From an uncultured Candidatus Saccharibacteria bacterium (lineage in GTDB: Bacteria; Patescibacteriota; Dojkabacteria; SC72): a stretch of 64,000 nucleotides of DNA. The stretch's first letter is position 1. Each line of letters opens with the position of its first letter. The position numbers and the translations under genes were made by a program. The notes under the pieces are model-generated. The model worked only from the letters and a program-made list of their open reading frames with translations. It was not told where the DNA came from and did no database searches. Below, piece after piece: positions 54,201 through 62,251 of the stretch. The stretch is taken from the NCBI GenBank assembly GCA_964405015.1, contig CAYOME010000001.1, positions 77,611 to 141,610 on the forward strand, in the 5' to 3' direction.

Positions 54201-54896
54201 TTAACTACAGTTACAAATATATATGGAGTATTTGATGTAAATATTAAGGAAAAAGGTAAATATACAATAGAAGTCTCTGATAAAGATACACAATTCCCTT
54301 CAAGATTAATCACAGGAAATAGTGATGGTATATATAACAATATATATAAAGGTGAAGAGTTCTTCTTTGATTCAGATTCTCCTTTAAACTTCTCTATACC
54401 ACTAGACCCTATCAACGAAAAATCAGAAAAATATACACAAACTATATTAAGAAATCGAATTTCTACGGTAATAAATCTCTTACAAAATATATTCTTTGTT
54501 GTCGGAATCTTACTTTCTACCTACCTATTTATTAATTATCCATCCACTATAAATACCCTAATTATGATTCTTTACATCATAATATTAATAATAAACATAT
54601 ATATACTTTTGAAAGGATTCAGAAGATATGGAAGTATTAAGAATCAATATAACGATACAGTTCCATATTCTGAAATAGGATTAAAGGATTTAGAGTTTGG
54701 TGAAATAAAATATCAAAGAATAGCAGACGAAAAAGGAAGATATAGATTCATTATAGAAGGTGGAGATTATGAATTAGTATCTCTATCTCCTAAATATAGT
54801 ATTGATGAGGCTCAACAAAAATATATAAAGAGTATGAATAATGGTATGAAAGTAATTAATAGGGATGTATATATTAAAGAGAAAAATATAGTATAG
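48225..54896 (+). CDS. Giant surface protein: Cys-rich N-terminus, two LamG-like domains, Ig-like, propeller-like repeats, FN3, Cys-rich region, C-terminal TM region
   Basis: LVGYWSLD..FTGQLDEIKIY and LIAWWGFD..FRGEIDDIKIF (LamG), GTxxDxSDD-type repeats, LSPNTKYFFRI (FN3), GLVYNSITKEPI. Confidence 0.8.
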   Translation: MKTRIKGRSFPILFLGLLTLIPLLLFAFFTYKDSFVKLVNADAFTDACVNQCVTSTGDPDFMSDGCSYLCNDGNTTYGCLLASEIGWFDPAYSVDAPQWCIHVQTPTQMCIDRCKLQNDSYDDYESKCTTTCTNANGDSTSCWLMSEMNFDASVNREFCSLLDFVPTGSGTSDEMAIFPASNYYDVETGYSQNITGTITSLYPISYLDIREDLDGGFYGSCDYEQIGESEYSFSCYTGTLSDPNSSYFYFLFGENANSEYVQSDYIELHTYVLEEPGGNPEIRLTLVPSKTINDTFLVRGIAANPGGTNITDINILSNYVGGFSTATSPCTAVDGTLNSNSEEFSCSFPITNTDGINEYCVEYYDQDLNRIETCSQVIHTTNVTDGLVGYWSLDGLTPLNEITGYGGIGAINHANGLDSVPGYLNDAMSFYNGSYFYTSDYNEHFSFSNPDSEFIVETYVYLNEAPGGYPILVSKMSDGVDGMGMPQYSWSLGLTNAGGISCAINGYENRIMTHAEAAITFGQWNKLACSWNAGTHELKGYINDEEVASTVLSPEIIPYASDKNITFAARQDGYEAFTGQLDEIKIYDLTVPTGSGSVDYFSNLNTPAVIEDVSTFNLTGTSAHTGNIENVQYRKYEVGLAENDNWQNCTCTDGSCNFSEEEFSCSISNISESGTYAYQLRLVSEGVNLSPSDWETAEVTREDTRELIAWWGFDNATTLYDYSGNNYNGTIGGTTSVSTSPVTGSSTNTFDTNTIATIPDPTGAFDFAEENAHYELEMRIKQNSDTLAGDYDFIQKYRNDGGNSWDIDFMTNRINGAIYSANNEFFRTSQSTPGTTILSPDTWHTVRFVYSNTDQTVYIQVDGNTPEYFGSTREFPLQVSTGNLVIKANNYFRGEIDDIKIFRGGDAKAPDVSFEQFSDLDRVTSNVVNLDVTVTDQTGIENFEYLFHNSDYGIDLDSLGWIQATNPTTGNWGDKQLVFNIESLPLTDGPWYLYVRATDSYNFKHLYENGWFTTYSTASPSAMPYLHFIVEAQDTTPPYIFAHSIIPNPTVDKSPGVRGYVRDFEQQNTGDTSSNILSIEYRLNGGNWNLIPSLDNSYDSPNEEFYFLLNDLTPGEYTLDIRATDASGNSTDDNDSSHTETFTIYELEETPDISVISKEEDFNDHTYHDVLFSDGVWGNGILRLRQSMEFNQTTALFTNNNDFGWEYGDTRTGVIEAYDGNVWVITNNNNVILYNVNTTQYEEYLPFKSTLERISDIKDFVNNGRRYLLISYENGSTLIYDLNNTPFDSSDDIGPVDYGTKDGFNLFRMFTDVSIDTRNGKFAYFAEVNNPSPEGTVYFYIWIDTKGTIMDVSDDTYVTWGAEDNLFYRNEAYGYQDVNDFTATYFDQSSNIFYAASFDWSIYQCTDGGTPEDKSDDSCQRFAYPNGTYQVFDILKDSNGQFWFGGNLGLTRLNNKGTLSISDDEKVTVLSAQDLGSQEISKLGWIEGEYPVGDEIWMMTRNGYLKALEMNFTYNDTLDDTYYNYKIKNLSNRQGNLGLFTVGDRNTIYTSIQGYGLQKIELERDFEDLNKIEMLPIPPDGILAINYIDLEEVLGSVTNGSAYTFNDLVSYEVSNDSGVTWYPISEGNRVEFPTPDYKLKLRINLTKGSSPIIDLIRLSYITYPEKDPDLCDIRINTLKPQISTIQNNGSKSLVLNFTGISGEPNIQGYTLEYGLSETVFQYTPVSLNTSTTTYTLNDLSPNTKYFFRIKGITDCTTSDWSSVLSATTSSIVTTTPKAPTPKTPAPTEEPLQSICGEICNIDSDCTDSNNFCNLGKCELKSSQCDIGQKLDDNKCSCVQETSIGGMCGQPCTGNSQCTEANNECNGDKCVLISCPSGYKITNDSCGCILITKEDNTNDKQGIFEKFLNFIQNLDIPKTSATTTAALVGVSLLSIFVGKSHVLGYALQSTGWFLSIFKIRKKDQEYGLVYNSITKEPINRAIVRIYNENNKLVLTTVTNIYGVFDVNIKEKGKYTIEVSDKDTQFPSRLITGNSDGIYNNIYKGEEFFFDSDSPLNFSIPLDPINEKSEKYTQTILRNRISTVINLLQNIFFVVGILLSTYLFINYPSTINTLIMILYIIILIINIYILLKGFRRYGSIKNQYNDTVPYSEIGLKDLEFGEIKYQRIADEKGRYRFIIEGGDYELVSLSPKYSIDEAQQKYIKSMNNGMKVINRDVYIKEKNIV

Positions 54897-54925
54897 TTTG
54901 TATACCTAACGTAGAATTACAATCA

Positions 54926-55450
54926 ATGTACCTATCTAACAAAACAATTAAAGAATATATAGAGAATGGAAAGATTGCTGTAATAGGGGATATAAATATC
55001 GAAACAGTAGGTATCACTATGCATCTTGGGAATGAATTACTAATACCTGCTCTTAATCAAGTAATTGATCCTCATAATTTAAAGGATGTTAAATATATTA
55101 AGGAAGATATTTCTGTAAAACCCCATCTCTTAACTCCAAATGAATTTGTATTAGGAAGTACTAAGGAAATATTAAGAACAGATAAAGATATACTCACACT
55201 AATTGATGGAAGAAGTACATATGCTCGATTAGGTATATCTATACACATATCTGCAATGTCTTTAGATGGTTTACCCTTTGGTTTAGAGAGTTCCGTATTA
55301 GAGATAAAAAACAATGGTAACAATTCTGTATTACTGTATTCAGGAGAGGCATTTGGTACATATCTTTTTGCCAAACTTTCAGAACCAATAGAGGGAGAAA
55401 AGAATTCACCATACAAAAATCAAATCGGAGTTACACCTCCAATGATATAA
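54926..55450 (+). CDS. dcd: dCTP deaminase
   Basis: EFVLGSTKE, DGRSTYARLGI, LEIKN, YKNQ. Confidence 0.85.
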   Translation: MYLSNKTIKEYIENGKIAVIGDINIETVGITMHLGNELLIPALNQVIDPHNLKDVKYIKEDISVKPHLLTPNEFVLGSTKEILRTDKDILTLIDGRSTYARLGISIHISAMSLDGLPFGLESSVLEIKNNGNNSVLLYSGEAFGTYLFAKLSEPIEGEKNSPYKNQIGVTPPMI

Positions 55451-55455
55451 AAAAA

Positions 55456-55477
55456 GAGAAGGCCATACGGCCTTCTC
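55456..55477. terminator. Terminator hairpin between convergent genes
   Basis: GAGAAGGCC-atac-GGCCTTCTC preceded by an A run. Confidence 0.85.
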
Positions 55478-55498
55478 AATTACATACTCAACAGGAAT

Positions 55499-55879
55499 TT
55501 ACTGATGGTGCTCTTCTGCAGCCATAGCATCCTCTTTTGTTACATGCTCTGTACCCTCGGGATGATTTGAAGGACTATATATTGTATATAGCTTTAAATC
55601 CTCGTCAGAATCATTTATTACATTATGCAATGTACCAGCAGGTACAATAGCTACCATATCTTCCTCTAAGATACTCTCTTCACCATTCATCACTATCTTA
55701 GCTCTACCTTCTTCAACTCTAAAGAATTGATCTACATCATTATGAACCTCTTCACCGATATCCTCACCGGGCTTAAGAGACATAACTACAAGTTGCATAT
55801 GAGAACCAGTAAATAGTACCTTCCTAAAACTACTGTTTTGAGAAGTCCTATCCTCAATATTATCTACATATCCGATCAT
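55499..55879 (-). CDS. Cupin domain protein
   Basis: IGEEVH..DQFFRVEEG, VPAGTLHNVIN, LYTIYSP. Confidence 0.92.
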   Translation of the reverse strand: MIGYVDNIEDRTSQNSSFRKVLFTGSHMQLVVMSLKPGEDIGEEVHNDVDQFFRVEEGRAKIVMNGEESILEEDMVAIVPAGTLHNVINDSDEDLKLYTIYSPSNHPEGTEHVTKEDAMAAEEHHQ

Positions 55880-55917
55880 ATATATAATTGTAAAAACTTA
55901 GATATATATATCTTACA

Positions 55918-56541
55918 CTACGATTTCAATTGCTTCCAATATATACTGGATCTTTGTATAAAGTGGTTCATAGCAAAGGTACCCATAATTAATGCTAGTT
56001 GAGCATGCCAGAAAAGAAAATCAAATTCTAAGTCATACAAAGAAGTAATTTCATATCTCAATATTAAAAATATACCGAATCCGAATGTAGGAACAAGAAA
56101 GAATATACCCATTAAAGTAGTAAACAATGCATTGAATTTTAATATTGTAAAACCCTTAATATATCCCTTCTTGGATATATAGTTAAGACCCCAATACAAT
56201 GCTGTAACAAGAAGAATAGGTAAGAGTAATTTATATGAGGCTTCCTTTTGAGCATCACCAATACCAAATGTCTCTAACAATCTATAAGAGTTAGGGTTAT
56301 GATCTCTTCCTTCCCCTCCCTTATCTTTGAAAGATTGTGTTATATCAGTACCACAATATTCTCTAATATCTACAAATCTTTCATGAGATCTAATATATTT
56401 AGAAATATCATATACCTTGTCCTCAAATATTACCCAACAATCATTCTCTAAATTATGCTTAGATATCTCTTCTTTGGTATATGCAAAAAGAGGTGTAACA
56501 GATAACAAAAGTAAAACAAAAGAGAGTAAATACTTTTTCAC
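55918..56541 (-). CDS. Cytochrome b5-like domain protein with C-terminal TM helices
   Basis: EEISKHNLENDCWVIFEDKVYDIS..H..CGTDIT..F..H. Confidence 0.8.
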   Translation of the reverse strand: MKKYLLSFVLLLLSVTPLFAYTKEEISKHNLENDCWVIFEDKVYDISKYIRSHERFVDIREYCGTDITQSFKDKGGEGRDHNPNSYRLLETFGIGDAQKEASYKLLLPILLVTALYWGLNYISKKGYIKGFTILKFNALFTTLMGIFFLVPTFGFGIFLILRYEITSLYDLEFDFLFWHAQLALIMGTFAMNHFIQRSSIYWKQLKS

Positions 56542-56562
56542 AAAATTACTTACTAAAATTAT

Positions 56563-57321
56563 CTATACAAGTTTAGGGAGTAATACTCCTGTATTTTTTA
56601 CATATTTAGCATATTCCTCATTACCCTCATATCTCTTCATATATGATTTCTCTAACGTAGGAATACCTGATACGAAAAGAAGAAGATATGAAATATATAT
56701 TGGAGAAACAATTGTTAACAATGCGATACCATTTAAATATGGAAGCGTAAATACAAATACACCAATCCACATAAGGATCTCACCTAGATAGTTAGGATGT
56801 CTTGAATATTTCCATAGACCTGTATTAATCCATTTACCTTTGTTCTCTTCCTTATTCTTAAATATATATTTTTGAATATCAGCAATAGTCTCAATTGTTA
56901 AACCAAATAGTGAGATAAACAAACCTATTATGGAGAATGTATTTAATTCTGTATTACCTTCATAAAGAAGTACATATGTAGTAGGAAGTAATATTACAAA
57001 TATAGAGATAGCTTGTAATATCCAAAAGCCTCCGAATTTTGTAATACTCTCTCTAATACCATCAAATCTTTTATCTGTTTTAGTTTTTAATATCCTAACA
57101 AACAAATATATTGATATTCTTAATCCCCATAACACTATTAGAGAAGTTAATACCCATTTATATACTGATATATATTCATATCCCAAATACAAAGCGAATA
57201 GGGAAGAAAAGATAAAAGTTAAACCGTATGAAAGATCTGTTACTTTGTCGGTTTTCCTTAATGCTGCATATATGAAAAAGAGAACTTGAAGAATGAATAT
57301 AAAAAGGAATACGTACAACAT
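56563..57321 (-). CDS. DUF1295 (steroid 5-alpha reductase-like) membrane protein
   Basis: WGLRI, DKRFD, ETIADIQK, GLWKYSRHPNYLGEI, SGIPTLE. Confidence 0.93.
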   Translation of the reverse strand: MLYVFLFIFILQVLFFIYAALRKTDKVTDLSYGLTFIFSSLFALYLGYEYISVYKWVLTSLIVLWGLRISIYLFVRILKTKTDKRFDGIRESITKFGGFWILQAISIFVILLPTTYVLLYEGNTELNTFSIIGLFISLFGLTIETIADIQKYIFKNKEENKGKWINTGLWKYSRHPNYLGEILMWIGVFVFTLPYLNGIALLTIVSPIYISYLLLFVSGIPTLEKSYMKRYEGNEEYAKYVKNTGVLLPKLV

Positions 57322-57394
57322 ATATTAATATACTAATATTATCCTTACATTATACCTAAACATAGATATTAGTAAATTACTCAAGACATAAATA

Positions 57395-57423
57395 TTGACA
57401 ATGATATTTCCAAGATGTAGATT
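57395..57423 (+). promoter_or_regulatory. Sigma70-type promoter
   Basis: TTGACA (57395-57400), 17-bp spacer, TAGATT (57418-57423); no ORF downstream. Confidence 0.75.
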
Positions 57424-57426
57424 TTA

Positions 57427-57667
57427 GGTACATGGATACTTGAATCCTAATGGCTAGTCCTTGAGACAATGTTTTGATAGAGGTCCAATCATCGAAATCT
57501 TAACTACCATGGATGAGAGTAATACTGTTAGTAACTTCGGTTACTGACGCTTAAACAGTTGATTGGTGTAATTACTAATCGTATATATCTGTTTAAGTTA
57601 ACACTTGTACTGAGATGTATAAGTTCCTTGTATTGAACAGTATAGATTGGTATGCTGTTCTCCTTTT
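57427..57667 (+). ncRNA. Unassigned multi-helix non-coding RNA (~240 nt)
   Basis: Promoter, 5'/3' closing helix, three internal arms including a C(UUCG)G hairpin, terminal hairpin plus T run; G-U pairs favour the + strand. Confidence 0.75.
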
Positions 57668-59264
57668 ACACTTCCATTAATTTCCGGATTGTTCTTACCT
57701 TAGAAGTCGCTAATTCAATGATTGATACTGCATCTACAAACACATTACCATTGTAATCCCCCTCTTGTTGAAGTTTGTTAACATGAATATCAAATTGTTC
57801 CTGAATATGAGATACCAATTCAATCTCCATCTTGCGAATTTCCTTTATCTTTTCTTCAGATGGTTCAAGAATTAGAGGTACAACATATTTTAATAGCTCT
57901 AAATATTCACTATGAAGAGAATTCAACTCATCAATACACACATCCTTATCCTTGTATCCTAAGTCATGCATTCTATTAAAGACATTTGATAGATCCTTTC
58001 CCAAATCACCAATCTGTTCAATTGTATTGGATATTTTTACTAGTAATACACTGCTATGAGCATCAACAATTGATAATCTCTTTTTAGCAACATCCACTAT
58101 CGCTTTAGTTATCTCTTCATCTAAGTAGTCATTTAAGGTCTCTAGCTTTTGTATTTTCATTTTAGTCTGCTTACTTGGGTTGTAATATATACTAATTGCT
58201 TCTTGATATATTTTAATAGTGTTTTGAATTGAATATACTAATTCCCTTCTAATATTTTGTAATTTAACTTCTGGAGTACTCTTTCCACTGTTTAGATATT
58301 TTGGTTTAAACAATACTTCCTCTTCTTCACCTCTAACTATCTTTTTTACAAGGCTTTCAAATGGAGAAAGTAATATGAGGAAAAGAATAGAGTTAATTAC
58401 ATTAAACAAAAAATGTGCTAAAGCAGCCTGATTCGCAACTTCCTCTACTAAATATCCCAAGACACTAATGAATTGGGGGAGAAGAAGCATGAATATGAAA
58501 GTACCAATGAGGTTGAAAAGAAGATTTGCAACACCAGCTCTTTTCGCATGTAAAGAGAGTCTAAAGGATGCTATAAAGGCAGTAAAGCTAGAACCTACAT
58601 TTGCACCTAAAATCATAGGAATAGCTACTTCAACAGGGATTAGTCCCTCAAGAGAAAGTATTACTACTATACCAGAAGTAACAGAACTAGAATGAATTAT
58701 TAATGTTAGTAATGCTGATACTAAGTAAGCAAATATTGGATTCGAAAGATCAGATAATATTTCTTTCACCATTAGATTGTCACTTAATGGAGCAATAGCA
58801 GAGGAAAGAAGATTAAGAGTAAATAGTATAAAACCTAAAAAGAATATTGGCTTCCCTATTAACTTAAACCTCCTACCTGCAAATCTTAATATAGTACCAA
58901 CAATTATCAATATCGGAGCAATAGCTTGGGAATTTATCAATACCAACTGAGCAGTAATTGTTGTTCCAATGTTTGTACCAAAGATAATGCTTAGACTTTC
59001 ACTAAAGGAAATTACTCCTGTGTTAACAAGTATAACTGCTATCACTGAAACTGCAGAACTAGATTGTATAACTGCAGTGGATATAGCTCCAGTTATTAAT
59101 CCTACAATCCTAAATTTCGCTAATTCCCCTATTAAGTTCCTAAATTTCTCTGCAGCTAATATTTGAAACTCATTACTTAAACTATCGATAGCATAGAGAA
59201 ATAGTATTAAGGCAGAGGTAATACCAAGAAATATATTTAGATATATTGGATCAATAGATATCAT
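57666..59264 (-). CDS. Na/Pi cotransporter family protein with PhoU-like domain
   Basis: QSSSAV, GTNIGTTITA, HSSSVT, LGANVGSS, EQIGD. Confidence 0.92.
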   Translation of the reverse strand: MISIDPIYLNIFLGITSALILFLYAIDSLSNEFQILAAEKFRNLIGELAKFRIVGLITGAISTAVIQSSSAVSVIAVILVNTGVISFSESLSIIFGTNIGTTITAQLVLINSQAIAPILIIVGTILRFAGRRFKLIGKPIFFLGFILFTLNLLSSAIAPLSDNLMVKEILSDLSNPIFAYLVSALLTLIIHSSSVTSGIVVILSLEGLIPVEVAIPMILGANVGSSFTAFIASFRLSLHAKRAGVANLLFNLIGTFIFMLLLPQFISVLGYLVEEVANQAALAHFLFNVINSILFLILLSPFESLVKKIVRGEEEEVLFKPKYLNSGKSTPEVKLQNIRRELVYSIQNTIKIYQEAISIYYNPSKQTKMKIQKLETLNDYLDEEITKAIVDVAKKRLSIVDAHSSVLLVKISNTIEQIGDLGKDLSNVFNRMHDLGYKDKDVCIDELNSLHSEYLELLKYVVPLILEPSEEKIKEIRKMEIELVSHIQEQFDIHVNKLQQEGDYNGNVFVDAVSIIELATSKVRTIRKLMEV

Positions 59265-59376
59265 ACTTTACCTAATTTATCATACTCTTGAAAAAGTACC
59301 AACATATACATCCATACCATTGAAAATATTCAATATCCTGGATAGGATATATATAATTAAATTTTTTAAACATAGT

Positions 59377-60138
59377 ATGGATAAATACAAAAATCTAAGA
59401 ACCTACAACATAGTAATGGGGTTCTTTCACTTTGTACAAGCAGTACTCATGGTTGTACTAAGTAATGACTTTGCTCTACCTGTAGTTACAAATTACCTAA
59501 AGTTCAATACACAGACTCTCTCGTTACAACCATTAATGGAAAATCTAACAGACTTAAGAGTAGGGTATCTAGTAGCATCCTTCCTCTTCCTTTCATCCAT
59601 AGCCCACTTTACAATTTCCCTTCCTAAGGTATATGAATGGTATGTAGCAAATCTAAAAAAGGGTATCAACTATGCTAGATGGTATGAATATTCACTCAGT
59701 TCATCAGTAATGATTGTAGTAGTCGCTATGTTAGTAGGTGTATATGACCTAAGTACATTAATCCTTCTCTTCTTCATGAATATGATGATGATTCTCTTTG
59801 GATTGATGATGGAATTACATAACCAGACTACTAAAAAGACTGACTGGACATCATACATATTTGGATGTATTGCAGGAGCTATCCCATGGGTAGTAATTGC
59901 ATTGTATCTATTCGGGTCTGGTGATGGTGAGAACAAAGCTCCTGACTTTGTATATTGGATATTCTTTAGTATTTTTGTATTCTTTAATTCCTTTGCCTTT
60001 AATATTGTTCTTCAATACAAAAAGATTGGTAAATGGAGCGACTATACATTCGGAGAGAAGGTATATATATTACTAAGCCTTGTAGCAAAGACATTACTTG
60101 CATGGCAAGTATTTGCTGGAACATTAAGACCTGTATAA
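59377..60138 (+). CDS. Heliorhodopsin
   Basis: N..MGFFHFVQ, IAHF, NYARWYEYSLSSS (counterion Glu), GEKVYILLSLVAK (retinal Lys), 7 TM. Confidence 0.95.
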   Translation: MDKYKNLRTYNIVMGFFHFVQAVLMVVLSNDFALPVVTNYLKFNTQTLSLQPLMENLTDLRVGYLVASFLFLSSIAHFTISLPKVYEWYVANLKKGINYARWYEYSLSSSVMIVVVAMLVGVYDLSTLILLFFMNMMMILFGLMMELHNQTTKKTDWTSYIFGCIAGAIPWVVIALYLFGSGDGENKAPDFVYWIFFSIFVFFNSFAFNIVLQYKKIGKWSDYTFGEKVYILLSLVAKTLLAWQVFAGTLRPV

Positions 60139-60147
60139 GTATATATA

Positions 60148-60654
60148 GTGGGGAAATTAATAACCGTATTCGACAAAATGCAAAATGGCTATCAATATGA
60201 GCTTACAGAAGATATTGGTAGCCATTTTCATCCAGATTTCAAACCAGAGTTAACTCCTAAAGAAATGCTTGAATTAGGAGTATTTGGAGGCAAATATATG
60301 ACAGATTGTCAGAATGAATTCCCCAAAGAATGGTTTACTCATGCCAAGCTATCCCCTCTTAAAAAGAATATCTCTCTTAATTACTTTAAAGTAGATGCAA
60401 GTATGCCATTGTCATATTGGCAAGAAAAAGGTTGGATATATGAAGATGATCCTAGAGGATGGTTTCAATGGTATTGTAGATATTACATGGGTAGACGATT
60501 ACCAAAGGAAGATCAAAGACAGATTAAAAGATGGAAATCAATAACTAGACATGTACAAGCAGTAAAGAAAAATTGTAAGAGTGGAGATTTAGAATGTAGA
60601 AAAAAACAAAGACAAGCACTTCTACACTGGGCATATGATAGTAGAAAATATTAA
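60148..60654 (+). CDS. Conserved Trp/Arg-rich hypothetical protein
   Basis: FKPELTPKEMLELGVFGGKY, DPRGWFQWYCRYYMGRR, QRQALLHWAYD. Confidence 0.8.
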   Translation: MGKLITVFDKMQNGYQYELTEDIGSHFHPDFKPELTPKEMLELGVFGGKYMTDCQNEFPKEWFTHAKLSPLKKNISLNYFKVDASMPLSYWQEKGWIYEDDPRGWFQWYCRYYMGRRLPKEDQRQIKRWKSITRHVQAVKKNCKSGDLECRKKQRQALLHWAYDSRKY

Positions 60655-60696
60655 TTTCTAGTACTCATACCCACCCCCATGGTAAAATATTGGGAT

Positions 60697-61863
60697 ATGG
60701 AAAAAACAATATATTTAGACAACGCTGCTACTACAAAAATACACCTAGAGGTACTTGAATCAATGATGCCATATCTAACAGATACATATGGTAATCCATC
60801 AAGTATATATACCTTGGGTAGAAAAAGCAGAGAGGCTATAGATTTATCCAGAGACAAAATTGCAAAGATATTAAATGCAAAATCTTCAGAGATCTATTTC
60901 ACAAGTGGAGGTAGTGAGTCAGATAACTGGGGGATTAAGGGCGTTGCTTTTGCTAATGAGAAAAAAGGTAAACATATAATTACTACAAATATTGAACATC
61001 ATGCAGTACTTCATACTTGCCAATATTTAGAAAAATATGGATTTGAAATTACATATCTTCCTGTTAAAGAAAATGGAATAGTGGATATTAATGATCTAAG
61101 GAATGCAATTAGGGATGATACCATTCTTGTATCAGTAATGTTTGCAAACAATGAAATTGGAACAATCCAACCTGTTAAAGCAATAGGGGAAATTACAAAA
61201 GAGAAGGGGATATATTTTCATACTGATGCTGTACAAGCAGTAGGTAATATTCCAATTGATGTAGAAGAGTTAAATATAGATTTAATGTCACTTTCAGGTC
61301 ATAAATTTAATGGACCAAAGGGAGTGGGTATTCTCTACGTTAGAAGTGGAGTAAATATTCAAAGCTTAATACATGGAGGAGCTCAAGAGAGAAATAGGAG
61401 AGCTGGTACAGAGAATGTAGCAGGTATAGTAGGAATAGCTAAGGCATTAGAATTGGCAACTAAGGATATTGAAAAAAAGAATGAATACCTTTCTTCATTA
61501 AGAGATATGACAATACAAGGATTAATGAAAAGAATACCCGATACAATATTAAATGGTGATCCCAATCTTCGATTACCAGGGAATGTAAATGTCTGTTTTA
61601 AATATATAGAGGGGGAATCAATATTACTAATGCTAGATATGAAAGGTATATATGCTTCTAGTGGATCAGCATGTACCTCAGGATCCCTAGATCCTTCACA
61701 CGTACTTTTAGCAATAGGTAGACCTCATGAGATTGCTCATGGGTCCTTAAGGTTAACATTCTCAATGGAAAATACTAAAGAGGATGTAGAATATATATTA
61801 GATGTATTACCTCCAATTGTTCAAAGGCTTAGAGATATGTCTCCATTAATTTCTAAAGAATAA
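60697..61863 (+). CDS. iscS: Cysteine desulfurase NifS/IscS
   Basis: YLDNAATT, SGHKFNGPKG, SSGSACTS. Confidence 0.96.
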   Translation: MEKTIYLDNAATTKIHLEVLESMMPYLTDTYGNPSSIYTLGRKSREAIDLSRDKIAKILNAKSSEIYFTSGGSESDNWGIKGVAFANEKKGKHIITTNIEHHAVLHTCQYLEKYGFEITYLPVKENGIVDINDLRNAIRDDTILVSVMFANNEIGTIQPVKAIGEITKEKGIYFHTDAVQAVGNIPIDVEELNIDLMSLSGHKFNGPKGVGILYVRSGVNIQSLIHGGAQERNRRAGTENVAGIVGIAKALELATKDIEKKNEYLSSLRDMTIQGLMKRIPDTILNGDPNLRLPGNVNVCFKYIEGESILLMLDMKGIYASSGSACTSGSLDPSHVLLAIGRPHEIAHGSLRLTFSMENTKEDVEYILDVLPPIVQRLRDMSPLISKE

Positions 61864-61867
61864 TCAT

Positions 61868-62251
61868 ATGACAGGATACAGTGAAAAAGTTATGGATCAT
61901 TTTTTTAATCCTAGAAATGTAGGAGTAATAGAAGATGCAGATGCAATTGGTGAAGTTGGTAATCCTAAATGTGGGGATATAATGCGTATGTATTTAAAGA
62001 TAGAGAAGGATGTAATAGTAGACGTTAAATTTCAAACATTTGGATGTGGTGCTGCTGTAGCTACTAGTAGTATGGTTACTGAATTAATTAAGGGTAAAAC
62101 AATAGACGAGGCATTAGAGATTACAAATAAACAGGTAGCTGATGCATTAGATGGTCTTCCCCCAATTAAAATGCATTGTTCTAATCTTGCAGAATCTGCA
62201 GTTAAAAAAGCTATTGAGAATTATAAATCAAAGAATGGAAACAAAAAGTAA
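61868..62251 (+). CDS. iscU: Fe-S scaffold NifU/IscU
   Basis: YSEKVMDHF, CGD, GCG, KMHCSNLA. Confidence 0.96.
   Translation: MTGYSEKVMDHFFNPRNVGVIEDADAIGEVGNPKCGDIMRMYLKIEKDVIVDVKFQTFGCGAAVATSSMVTELIKGKTIDEALEITNKQVADALDGLPPIKMHCSNLAESAVKKAIENYKSKNGNKK

Noticed and set aside
57427-57667. RNase P, tmRNA or SRP assignment for the orphan RNA
   Set aside because: Their universal motifs were not found by eye; left unassigned pending a covariance-model search
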